The position numbers were made by a program, and so were the translations under genes. Below the pieces are notes generated by a model. That model searched no databases. It saw nothing but the letters and a program-made list of their open reading frames with translations, and was not told the origin of the DNA. This document shows positions 30,490 to 38,206 of a stretch of DNA of 64,000 nucleotides, piece after piece. Position 1 is the stretch's first letter. The number at the start of each line of letters is the position of its first letter. The stretch comes from Candidatus Sulfomarinibacteraceae bacterium (GTDB taxonomy: Bacteria > Acidobacteriota > Thermoanaerobaculia > Thermoanaerobaculales > Sulfomarinibacteraceae): the NCBI GenBank assembly GCA_963741385.1, contig CAVUHO010000004.1:72099-136098 (forward strand). The letters are read 5' to 3'.

Positions 30490-30783
30490 TCAGTGTTCGC
30501 AGTGGATCGCCTCACCCAATTCGGAGAACGGCACACGGTAAAAGATGTGCGGTCCGTCGAAATCGAGAACCCTCAGGTTCACGCCGCGCGCGATGTCCGC
30601 GGCGATCACCTCGAACGGGAGCCCGTAGAACTCGTGCAACCGATCCACCGGGACCTCGTACGCAATGAACTTGTCGATCCCCTGGCGGCGCAGAGACCCG
30701 AGAAGCGCCTCCCCTGTGATGCACGAGTTCGAGGTCATCACGAGGAGGGGCCCATTTTCGGTCAATACGAGAAATGACCTCAT
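30490..30783 (-). CDS. conserved small protein, 97 aa (paralog B)
   Basis: ATG at 30783 inside ORF 30490..30972. MRSFLVLTENGPLLVMTS..KFIAYEVPVDR..YGLPFEVIAADI..RVLDFDGPHIF..GEAIHCEH. Confidence 0.6.
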   Translation of the reverse strand: MRSFLVLTENGPLLVMTSNSCITGEALLGSLRRQGIDKFIAYEVPVDRLHEFYGLPFEVIAADIARGVNLRVLDFDGPHIFYRVPFSELGEAIHCEH

Positions 30784-30863
30784 GGCGCCTCCCTCGTCCG
30801 CTATTCGGGCGGATGTCTGTATACCAATGTGGTTCGAGGAGGGACCGACGTCAAGGACCCGGA

Positions 30864-32684
30864 TCACTGGGCAAAAGCGGCGGCCATGCCTTTGACGACG
30901 GCACGCGCGAACTCCTCTCGCCACTGGCTGTCCAACATCAGCTCCCGATCCTCCGGGTTGGCCATATTGCAAACCTCGAGCAACACGGCGTTTTGGGCCG
31001 CGGTGTATCGCAACACCGCCGGCACCCAGCTTCGGCGCCCCCGCAACACCCTGTCGCGGATTGGTTCGTATGGGTGCACCCTGATGTTGTTTTTCTCGAG
31101 ACCGGTCAGGATTCCCTCCGCGAGATGGCGCGACGAAGCCTCGGCCCGGGCCTTGAAATCCGCCCCCAGGCGGATGGTCGGGTGGTTCCGGTACTCCGCG
31201 TAGGTCTCGATGTCTTGGCGCCGGACCGTGTACGGTTTGTCGGGGCGAAGGTAGCGGGACGGGACATAAGCCATCGCACCGCGCACGCTCGGATGCAGTG
31301 AATCGGCGTGGATCGACAGAAAGACCGTCTTCGAACGCGGGACGTTCGGGCCCAACTGGTTCAGGATAATGTCGTTGGCCAGATACCAGCGAAGGTGAAC
31401 GCCGAGCACCGGATCCTCGAGGTCATATCTGGGGTGCGTCAACAGAAACGCGTCCCGCCGTTGCACGAGCCGGTCCGATCCGGGCACCGTGTAGCCGATC
31501 TTCCCGTCCTTGATGGTGGTCCACACAGTGGCGCGGGTGTGGCGTTCGAGGTTGGCTTTGATCCGGCACATGATGTCGTAGGCGTAGGTGGCCTCCCAGA
31601 TCCCTTGTGACACGGCGCCGGAGTCCTTGCCGCCGTGGCCCGCGTCGAGAATGATCTGCACGCCGGACAGATTGGCCGCGTCCACGATCTCGAGGAACTG
31701 CTGCAGGTCCCGGCGCTCCTGGGCCCACGCCTGCCGGCGCGGGTTGTCGGCGGGGAGATACTCCGGGAGCAAGAGATCGAGGGGAATCTTCACCGGGTAG
31801 CCGACGGAGATGTCGGTCACGTCGCGGATGCCCGATCGGGCAGCGATCTCCATGGCCGTCTCATTGACCTGAACCGCCAGCAGCTGGCCGGTAAAACGCA
31901 CCACGACCGCGGAGTACAGGGCTTCGCCGCGTTGCAGACGGTAGACGGCGAATTCACCGAGCTCGTCGGCGCCGTACTGGAGCCCTCCGGCTGCCGCTCG
32001 CGGCTGGGCTCCCGGCGTCGCGGTGGCCACCGGGCCCCGGGGGGTGGGGGTGGTTGGTCTGGGGGTCGGGGTCGCTACCGGAACGAGGTTCCGAAATACG
32101 GGCAATAACAGCTCCTCGGGGACCGTCACCGGGCGCCCACGAGCCGGGCCCGCCTGCCGTGAGTCCGGGTTGGCCTCGAGGAGAGCTGTGGCGCGATCTG
32201 CGGAACCTGTAAAGACGGCGGCCAGCCAGCTCCAACTCTCCTCGCCGCCGCGATAGGGATCGAGGACCCAATGCTGCCAGCCATCGACCGTCCGCACATC
32301 CACGGGAAAGACCCGTTGAACAGCTTCGAGGCGGGTCTCCGGACGCAGTAATTCCACAGGCACACGGACGGCCCGTTCACGCATCGGCACATTCATTCCC
32401 GGGTTGGCCTTGCGCAGTGCGCCGACGGTATCGGTCGACCCCGTGTAGCGCCGCGCGAGCGTGATCCACCCATCGCCGCGTATCGGGTCCACCAAGAGAG
32501 CGGGGGGTCCTCCTCGCTCCCACCGAATCAATCCGTGGGGTGGAAAGACGATGTCGATCGACCGGGGGCGCTGATCCTGGACCCACGCCACCACTGGCAC
32601 AAGCAACGCCGACGCCAGAATCACGCAACGGACCAGTCCCGACGGTCGACCGGCTCGAACACTTCGCGTGCCGCCTGGCCTCAT
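30864..32684 (-). CDS. N-acetylmuramoyl-L-alanine amidase (Amidase_3 type) with N-terminal LysM-like repeats
   Basis: ILDAGHGGKDSGA..FLSIHADS..LLEVCNMANPED. N-terminal signal/TM. ATG 32684 chosen inside ORF 30864..32840. Confidence 0.8.
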   Translation of the reverse strand: MRPGGTRSVRAGRPSGLVRCVILASALLVPVVAWVQDQRPRSIDIVFPPHGLIRWERGGPPALLVDPIRGDGWITLARRYTGSTDTVGALRKANPGMNVPMRERAVRVPVELLRPETRLEAVQRVFPVDVRTVDGWQHWVLDPYRGGEESWSWLAAVFTGSADRATALLEANPDSRQAGPARGRPVTVPEELLLPVFRNLVPVATPTPRPTTPTPRGPVATATPGAQPRAAAGGLQYGADELGEFAVYRLQRGEALYSAVVVRFTGQLLAVQVNETAMEIAARSGIRDVTDISVGYPVKIPLDLLLPEYLPADNPRRQAWAQERRDLQQFLEIVDAANLSGVQIILDAGHGGKDSGAVSQGIWEATYAYDIMCRIKANLERHTRATVWTTIKDGKIGYTVPGSDRLVQRRDAFLLTHPRYDLEDPVLGVHLRWYLANDIILNQLGPNVPRSKTVFLSIHADSLHPSVRGAMAYVPSRYLRPDKPYTVRRQDIETYAEYRNHPTIRLGADFKARAEASSRHLAEGILTGLEKNNIRVHPYEPIRDRVLRGRRSWVPAVLRYTAAQNAVLLEVCNMANPEDRELMLDSQWREEFARAVVKGMAAAFAQ

Positions 32685-32796
32685 CGCCAACGCGTCCACC
32701 ACGAGGGAGCTGCCACAATCAGTCTGTGAATCGCCGTCTCCTGTACGTGTTCGGGCGGGCGCACCGTATACTCGGAGATACCCGCGAGGTGGGCCG

Positions 32797-33615
32797 ATGG
32801 TAACACGCCACAACCGACCCGAAACCGATGCCGCGCGCACCGCGGATGAGCTCCGGGAACTTCTTCAGGCGAGGACTCTCGAGGTCGCGGAGCTCCATCG
32901 GAAGCTCACGGAACTCGAGACCCGGGGAACCGCGTTTCTCACTGCCGCGTCCCACGCCGTCATGAATCCACTCACCATCATTCAGAGCTATCTCGAGATC
33001 GTTCTTTCGGATCTCCGGGGCGGCCTCTCCGACCAGCAGGCCGGCTTCGTGGATACCGCGCATGCGGCCGCACTGAGGATGCACCGACTGATCGACGACC
33101 TGGTCGAGTTGGCGGCCCTCGAAATGGGCGCCGCGGAGCTCGAAATGAGCGCCGTGCAGGTTGGCGACCTGGTGGCCGATGTGTGCGCGTCGTTCGCTCC
33201 GGCGGCCGAAACGGGCGGGATCGAGCTCTCGGTGGCGATCACCCCCGATCTGCCCCGGGTGCAGGCAGACCCCGCACGCCTGCGCAACGCGGTCGACGCC
33301 GTGGTGTCGAACGCCGTTCGGTTGACACCTCACGGCGGCCGGATCCGCCTCACGGTATCGCAGAGCGACGTCTGCGTGGTCATCGGTGTCGAGGACACAG
33401 GCCCCGGGATCCCCTCCGACCGGCTCGATCACGTGTTTGACCCTTTCGTCCGGCTTTCCCGTCGCAACGGAGAACCGCCGGGCGGCGCGGGCCTCGGTCT
33501 GAGCCTCGCGCGGCGGCAGATCGAGGCCTTTGGCGGTCACATCAAGGTCTCGAGCGCCATCGACAACGGCAGCTCGTTCTCCCTCGTGATCCCCGCACTG
33601 ATTGAAGATCGATGA
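32797..33615 (+). CDS. cytoplasmic sensor histidine kinase (HisKA + HATPase_c)
   Basis: H-box FLTAASHAVMNPL, N-box VVSNAVRLTP, G-boxes EDTGPGIP and GGAGLGLSLA. GAGGTG Shine-Dalgarno sequence before the ATG. No TM segment. Confidence 0.85.
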   Translation: MVTRHNRPETDAARTADELRELLQARTLEVAELHRKLTELETRGTAFLTAASHAVMNPLTIIQSYLEIVLSDLRGGLSDQQAGFVDTAHAAALRMHRLIDDLVELAALEMGAAELEMSAVQVGDLVADVCASFAPAAETGGIELSVAITPDLPRVQADPARLRNAVDAVVSNAVRLTPHGGRIRLTVSQSDVCVVIGVEDTGPGIPSDRLDHVFDPFVRLSRRNGEPPGGAGLGLSLARRQIEAFGGHIKVSSAIDNGSSFSLVIPALIEDR

Positions 33616-33692
33616 CTTCCCGTGCACCGTGACGTCGCGTTCACCGCGATGACACGACTTGATTCCCCGGCCTGGATGGTGTGTGATCTGGC

Positions 33693-34823
33693 GTGATGAA
33701 CAGCTTCGACTTCTTTTCGAAACACCTCGACGGATATCTTGATGAGCTTCGATTGCTGACCGCCATCGAGACGCCCACCGGAAATCTCCCGCAACTGGAC
33801 CGTGCCGCCGACTTTCTGATGGAGCGGGTCGCCTCGCTCGGATATGTCGAGCGCACGGGAATGCCCGACCACGGTCCGATGCTTCGGATCGTGCGTGAAG
33901 GAACCGGCGTCCGGGTGCTGCTGCTCGGTCACTTCGACACGGTGTGGCCGGTCGGGTCGTGGCCGACCCTTTGGAAAACCGACCAGGGGCGCGCCTATGG
34001 TCCGGGGGTGTACGACATGAAGGGAGGGCTGCTGTTCATCATCTGGCTTCTCCGTTTTCTCGAGCACCATGGCGAGCCCCACCCCCACATCGAGGCCATT
34101 CTCAACCCCGACGAGGAGATCGGCTCACCCGGCACCCGGCCCATTATCGAAGAGGCCGCGCGTCGCGCCGACGTGGTGTTCGTCCTCGAGCCGACCAACC
34201 TCGAGGGCAACCTCAAACTCGCGCGAAAGGGTTCGGGTGAGTATGTCATCACGATCCACGGTCGGTCCACCCACCAGGGGGTGGAACCGGAGCGCGGCGT
34301 CAACGCCGTGGTCGAGGCCGCACACCAGATTCTCAGGGTGCTCGAGTTGGAAGACCTCTCGAAGGGGACGACCGTCGGTCCGAACGTGATCCAGGGTGGG
34401 CGGGTGAGCAACATGGTGCCGGATCGCGCGGAGATCCGGGTCGACGTGCGCGCGTGGACGGACGACGAAACCCGCCGGCTCGAGACCGCCATGAGAAACC
34501 TGAGCCCCGTCGTCAAAGGGAGTCAGATCCACGTCTTCGGCGGCTGGAACCGGCCGCCGATGGAGGTCAGCGAAACCTCACTGGAGATCTTCGAGGGTGC
34601 GCGGGTGCTCGGTCGCGGTCTCGGGCTGGAGCTTGAATGGGTCAAGTGGGGTGGGTCCTCCGACGCGAATATCGCAGCTTCGGTCGGGGCCCCGACGATT
34701 GACGGTTTCGGTCCGGTTGGTGAAGGCGCGCATCAGACCGACGAGTGTATCGTTATCGACGAGATTCCGCGCCGCCTCGCGCTGCTGACCGAGGTGGTGC
34801 GGTCTTTCGTCCACATCAGTTGA
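33693..34823 (+). CDS. M20 family metallopeptidase (carboxypeptidase G2-like)
   Basis: LLLGHFDTV, GVYDMKGG, NPDEEIGS, and ARKGSG..HGRSTHQG motifs. Confidence 0.85.
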   Translation: MMNSFDFFSKHLDGYLDELRLLTAIETPTGNLPQLDRAADFLMERVASLGYVERTGMPDHGPMLRIVREGTGVRVLLLGHFDTVWPVGSWPTLWKTDQGRAYGPGVYDMKGGLLFIIWLLRFLEHHGEPHPHIEAILNPDEEIGSPGTRPIIEEAARRADVVFVLEPTNLEGNLKLARKGSGEYVITIHGRSTHQGVEPERGVNAVVEAAHQILRVLELEDLSKGTTVGPNVIQGGRVSNMVPDRAEIRVDVRAWTDDETRRLETAMRNLSPVVKGSQIHVFGGWNRPPMEVSETSLEIFEGARVLGRGLGLELEWVKWGGSSDANIAASVGAPTIDGFGPVGEGAHQTDECIVIDEIPRRLALLTEVVRSFVHIS

Positions 34824-35024
34824 AACGGCGGATCTGACACAATCCACCAAACCAACAGCGAAGGCATCTCATTCACAAGGTCGTGATCGCGGGCGTAGTT
34901 CGGACTCCGAAAGGGGCGATTGGTGGTGGACATGACCCACCAGCTGCGCCGCCGACATCAGCAATTCGGGGTCACAACGCGGTGCGTCGGCGGCCGCATC
35001 GGCAGCGGCGAGGTCCCGTTGGCA

Positions 35025-35097
35025 CTGTGACCGCGATCACAGGGAGTGACCTCTGACGTCAATCGACTCGAAAATCGTTGACGTTTAGCGTCACTCC
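35025..35097. other. nested inverted repeats in the intergenic region downstream of the pilin gene
   Basis: CTGTGA-N6-TCACAG (35025-35042) is immediately followed by GGAGTGAC..ACGTCAATCGA..TCGTTGACGT..GTCACTCC (35043-35097). No U-tract on either strand. Confidence 0.5.
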
Positions 35098-35195
35098 GCG
35101 GCCGTTTTCAAATTGTTGATCGGGAGTCGAGAACGGCGTTTCTGCCCCACCCACGACGATCCCAGACGCCAGTTTCTCCACGCAGGGTTCGCAGA

Positions 35196-35660
35196 TCAGT
35201 TCTGCTCACCTTCAGGAATCTGGAGGAACGACCCGTCCAGAATGACGATGTCGTCATCAAAGTAGCTCGTTTTCCCTGACGTCCACGGCAAGTCTACAAT
35301 CTTATTCGCGCCAAAGGATACGAGCGAATAACTGTCCCCATCGCTCATGTACTGCAGGACCATATGCCACGCGTCGTTTTCCGGAACATTGGCGCCGATA
35401 AACGGCACCAGATCGTCGGAGATATCCGTAAAAGCAGCGAGACTGGCCGCCGGCGGGAACTTTGCATAATCCTGCACATAAATCCCCAACCCGACGGAGA
35501 TTGTCCGCATGTCGGAGACTGTACGCGTCTGCCTCGACCGCTGGATCGAGTTCATCAGGTTGGGAATCGCGATCGCGACGATCAACCCGATGATTGCAGC
35601 CACGATCAGCAACTCGATAAGGGAGAACCCGCGGGACGATGTGTGTTCGTGAGTATTCAT
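35196..35660 (-). CDS. type IV pilin / type II secretion pseudopilin-like protein
   Basis: Prepilin N-terminal cleavage/methylation motif: MNTHEHTSSRG|FSLIELLIVAAIIGLIVAIAIPNL. ATG 35660 chosen inside ORF 35196..35690. Confidence 0.85.
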   Translation of the reverse strand: MNTHEHTSSRGFSLIELLIVAAIIGLIVAIAIPNLMNSIQRSRQTRTVSDMRTISVGLGIYVQDYAKFPPAASLAAFTDISDDLVPFIGANVPENDAWHMVLQYMSDGDSYSLVSFGANKIVDLPWTSGKTSYFDDDIVILDGSFLQIPEGEQN

Positions 35661-35673
35661 GTCGTGGATCTTT

Positions 35674-35689
35674 AGCAAACCGCATGCCA
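35674..35689 (-). promoter_or_regulatory. sigma-54-type -24/-12 promoter (TGGCAT-N5-TTGCT)
   Basis: The minus strand reads TGGCATGCGGTTTGCT, matching TGGCAC-N5-TTGCW. It is followed by 13 nt and then the pilin ATG. Confidence 0.5.
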
Positions 35690-35770
35690 AGATCGGTCAC
35701 TCCAGACGTCACGAGCCCGCAGCGTCTTGAGCGCCTGGGAAGTCGTGTGGTAGAGTCCTGTTCCCGGTGA

Positions 35771-35846
<76 letters not shown>

Positions 35847-35872
35847 CCCACCCAACCCGCAAGGACGGTCAC

Positions 35873-36352
35873 ATGGGCTTTTTTGGACGCGACGACCGAC
35901 CACAGACCAACCCGCAGCCTGCGGGCAGCCAGCAATCGCGCCCGGGCGCGCCCCTGCCGTCCAACCAACCAGCAGACCGCACCGTGATTGCGGACTCCAT
36001 CCTGGTGGAAGGCGCGCTGTCCGGTTCGGGGCAAATCCTTGTGGATGGGCGAGTTCGAGGCTCCATCGAAGGCAAGGATGTGGTCGTGATCGCGTCCCGC
36101 GGGAGGATCGATGCGGCAGTTCACGCACGCGTCGTGATGGTCGCCGGTCGGGTCATCGGCAACATCACCGCCGACGAGAAAATCGAACTCGAAGCGACGG
36201 CGCAGGTCGACGGGGACATGACAGCCCCACGAATCCTGATCAAGGACGGCGCGACATTCAGGGGCAAAGTCAACATGCGAACGCCCGAACCGCGCGGGAT
36301 ACCCGCGACATCGAGCGCTCGGAAGGACGCGGTCAAGCCGAGTCAGGGCTGA
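35873..36352 (+). CDS. bactofilin family cytoskeletal protein
   Basis: Beta-helical repeat core VIADSILVEGALSGSGQILVDGRVRGSIEGKDVVVIASRGRIDAAVHARVVMVAGRVIGNITA..ILIKDGATFRGKV, flanked by Pro-rich tails. Confidence 0.8.
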   Translation: MGFFGRDDRPQTNPQPAGSQQSRPGAPLPSNQPADRTVIADSILVEGALSGSGQILVDGRVRGSIEGKDVVVIASRGRIDAAVHARVVMVAGRVIGNITADEKIELEATAQVDGDMTAPRILIKDGATFRGKVNMRTPEPRGIPATSSARKDAVKPSQG

Positions 36353-37599
36353 GGCTCGCGATCGTCGGGAACACCCGAAGGACTGTCCCCCCTGCCGGCC
36401 CGTTCTGAGACGACATCGTCCCATTTTGAGCCAACTTCGTCGGCCATTTGCGGTTCGTCGATGGACCCGCGCGCCGCCCCGACAAATCGGCTGTAGCGTT
36501 CGCGGTAGATGCCAGCCAGGGTCAAGAATGCGGTCATCATGAGCGGACCCAGCAACAACCCCACCGCTCCGAAAACCATGGCCCCGCCGATGAGCGACAG
36601 GAACACCAGGAGGGTGTGCATCTGCGCCCGGCGACCCACCAGCAGCGGTTTCAACCAGTACTCGACCACGGTGGCGACCACCATCAGCGGGATGAACAGC
36701 GAGAGGGCTCGAGTGCTCTCGCCCGCCAACAGGAGAATCAGCGAAAACGGCACGAAGACGAGCGAGATGCCGACGACCGGAATGAAGGCGAGGACCGCCA
36801 TCACCACGCCCCACAACACCGCGCCGTGCAGGCCGAGGACCGAGAACATGAGGCCGCCGGCGACCCCTTGAATCACCGCCGCCACGCCGTTGCCGATCAC
36901 CAGCGACGACGCCATCTCCATGAACCGGTGGGCGACCAACCGCTGCTCGTCGGCGGGCAGCGGCAGACTGCCCTCGAACCAATCCCTGATCCTGCGGCCA
37001 TCCACCAGGAGGTAGTAGAGAATCAAGACCCAGAACACGAACCCGAAGACGAAGCGGATCAGGTGCTTCGCCAGCGACACCCCCTGTTTGTAGAAAAAGC
37101 CGCCGATCCGTACGCCGCTGGTCGCTATGAGGTCGTACACGCGGTCGGTCGTCACTTCGAAACCAAAGGGTTTCAACCACCGGTTGGCTTCCTCGATCTG
37201 GTCGTGCCGTTCTTCCAGCATGCCTCGCAGTCGCCCTTCGGTGAGTTGAGTGGTGCTCATCTCATAGATCCCGAGCGCCTCCTGGGACACCTCCTGGGCG
37301 ATGATGAACAGCGGCACCAGGAGAGCGATCAGCAGCACCAGACAGATGACAACCCCCGCTGTGCGGCGGCGGCCGTCGAGCGCCGTGACCAGACGTCGGT
37401 AGAAAGGGCCAATCAGACCGGCCGCCACCAAGGCCAGGAGAGTGACGGAAAAAAACGGTGCAAGAACCATCAGCACGACGATCAGGCAGATTCCCATCGC
37501 CGTCAGCAGGCCGAACCACGACGCCCGTTCCGGCGGGCGCGCGTTCGCGGGCCGCAGGGTTTCCGATCCGGGTGTGTCCGAAAATTGTGCTCGTTTCAT
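36343..37599 (-). CDS. AI-2E family transporter (PerM/YhhT-like)
   Basis: Eight or so hydrophobic segments. Motifs: VIGNGVAAVIQGV..FIPVVGISLVFVP..YWLKPLLVGRRAQMHTLLVFLSLIGG. Confidence 0.75.
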   Translation of the reverse strand: MKRAQFSDTPGSETLRPANARPPERASWFGLLTAMGICLIVVLMVLAPFFSVTLLALVAAGLIGPFYRRLVTALDGRRRTAGVVICLVLLIALLVPLFIIAQEVSQEALGIYEMSTTQLTEGRLRGMLEERHDQIEEANRWLKPFGFEVTTDRVYDLIATSGVRIGGFFYKQGVSLAKHLIRFVFGFVFWVLILYYLLVDGRRIRDWFEGSLPLPADEQRLVAHRFMEMASSLVIGNGVAAVIQGVAGGLMFSVLGLHGAVLWGVVMAVLAFIPVVGISLVFVPFSLILLLAGESTRALSLFIPLMVVATVVEYWLKPLLVGRRAQMHTLLVFLSLIGGAMVFGAVGLLLGPLMMTAFLTLAGIYRERYSRFVGAARGSIDEPQMADEVGSKWDDVVSERAGRGDSPSGVPDDREPQP

Positions 37600-37686
37600 T
37601 TTGTCGCCGTTTCCCGTTCGGCCATCGCCATGCCTACCGTCATGACCTCATCGACGCGCAACCGGTCTCCCAGGTTGGGTCCCTGA

Positions 37687-38133
37687 TCACAGCCATCCCT
37701 GAACTGATTCACGATACGGCACTTCAAGCACCCGAGTAAAGCGAATCCCGGCCAGATCGCCGTCGCTGCCGACCGGCTGACCGTTCACCGTCACCCACGC
37801 GTGCCCGGCGAGCCGGGGTTCCGGGTCGTCGTCCGACCGAAAACCCACGTTGAGGACGACATCGCCACGATCCGCAAGCAGGGCGCCAAGCGCGAGCGAC
37901 CTGACCAGACACGTGTTCATGCCGCCGAACCACGCGGCCCAACGACCGGCCGCACGTTCCGCGGCCAGCGACAACCGCTCTACCGGGTAGCGGGTCATCC
38001 CTCCTCCGCGCCGCCCCAAATCCGCCACCAGTTCCCGGATCGGCACAGTCCGCACCCGCTGGGCGCGCGCGACCAACGGTAGGACCCTCGCGAACAACGC
38101 GAGGTCAATCAGATTGAGTCGACCCGAGTTCAC
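37687..38133 (-). CDS. transglutaminase-like cysteine protease of the lasso-peptide B2 (Transglut_core3) type
   Basis: MNTCLVRSLALGALLADRGDVVLNVGFR..LAGHAWVTVNGQPV contains the Cys...His pattern and spacing characteristic of this family. GTG start. Confidence 0.65.
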   Translation of the reverse strand: MNSGRLNLIDLALFARVLPLVARAQRVRTVPIRELVADLGRRGGGMTRYPVERLSLAAERAAGRWAAWFGGMNTCLVRSLALGALLADRGDVVLNVGFRSDDDPEPRLAGHAWVTVNGQPVGSDGDLAGIRFTRVLEVPYRESVQGWL

Positions 38134-38206
38134 GCAATCAACCTCCGACCGGGCCGCCAGGGCCTGACCCGCTATTCTCTGTTGACGATTCTGCTACGCT
38201 CCGGCC

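Noticed and set aside
34733-34933. ORF 34733..34933(-), 66 aa
   Set aside because: It overlaps the 3' end of the M20 peptidase gene by ~90 nt, has no Shine-Dalgarno sequence and has no recognisable features.
35726-35757. Promoter for tRNA-Gly (TTGAGC-N18-TAGAGT)
   Set aside because: Both hexamers are weak matches. I could not distinguish this from chance in this sequence, so it is not listed as a feature.
37600-37650. 15-codon ORF (MTVGMAMAERETATK) between the B2-like gene and the AI-2E transporter, considered as a lasso precursor
   Set aside because: It is too short, and it lacks both a leader and a Gly-start core with an acidic ring-closing residue. It also overlaps the transporter start.
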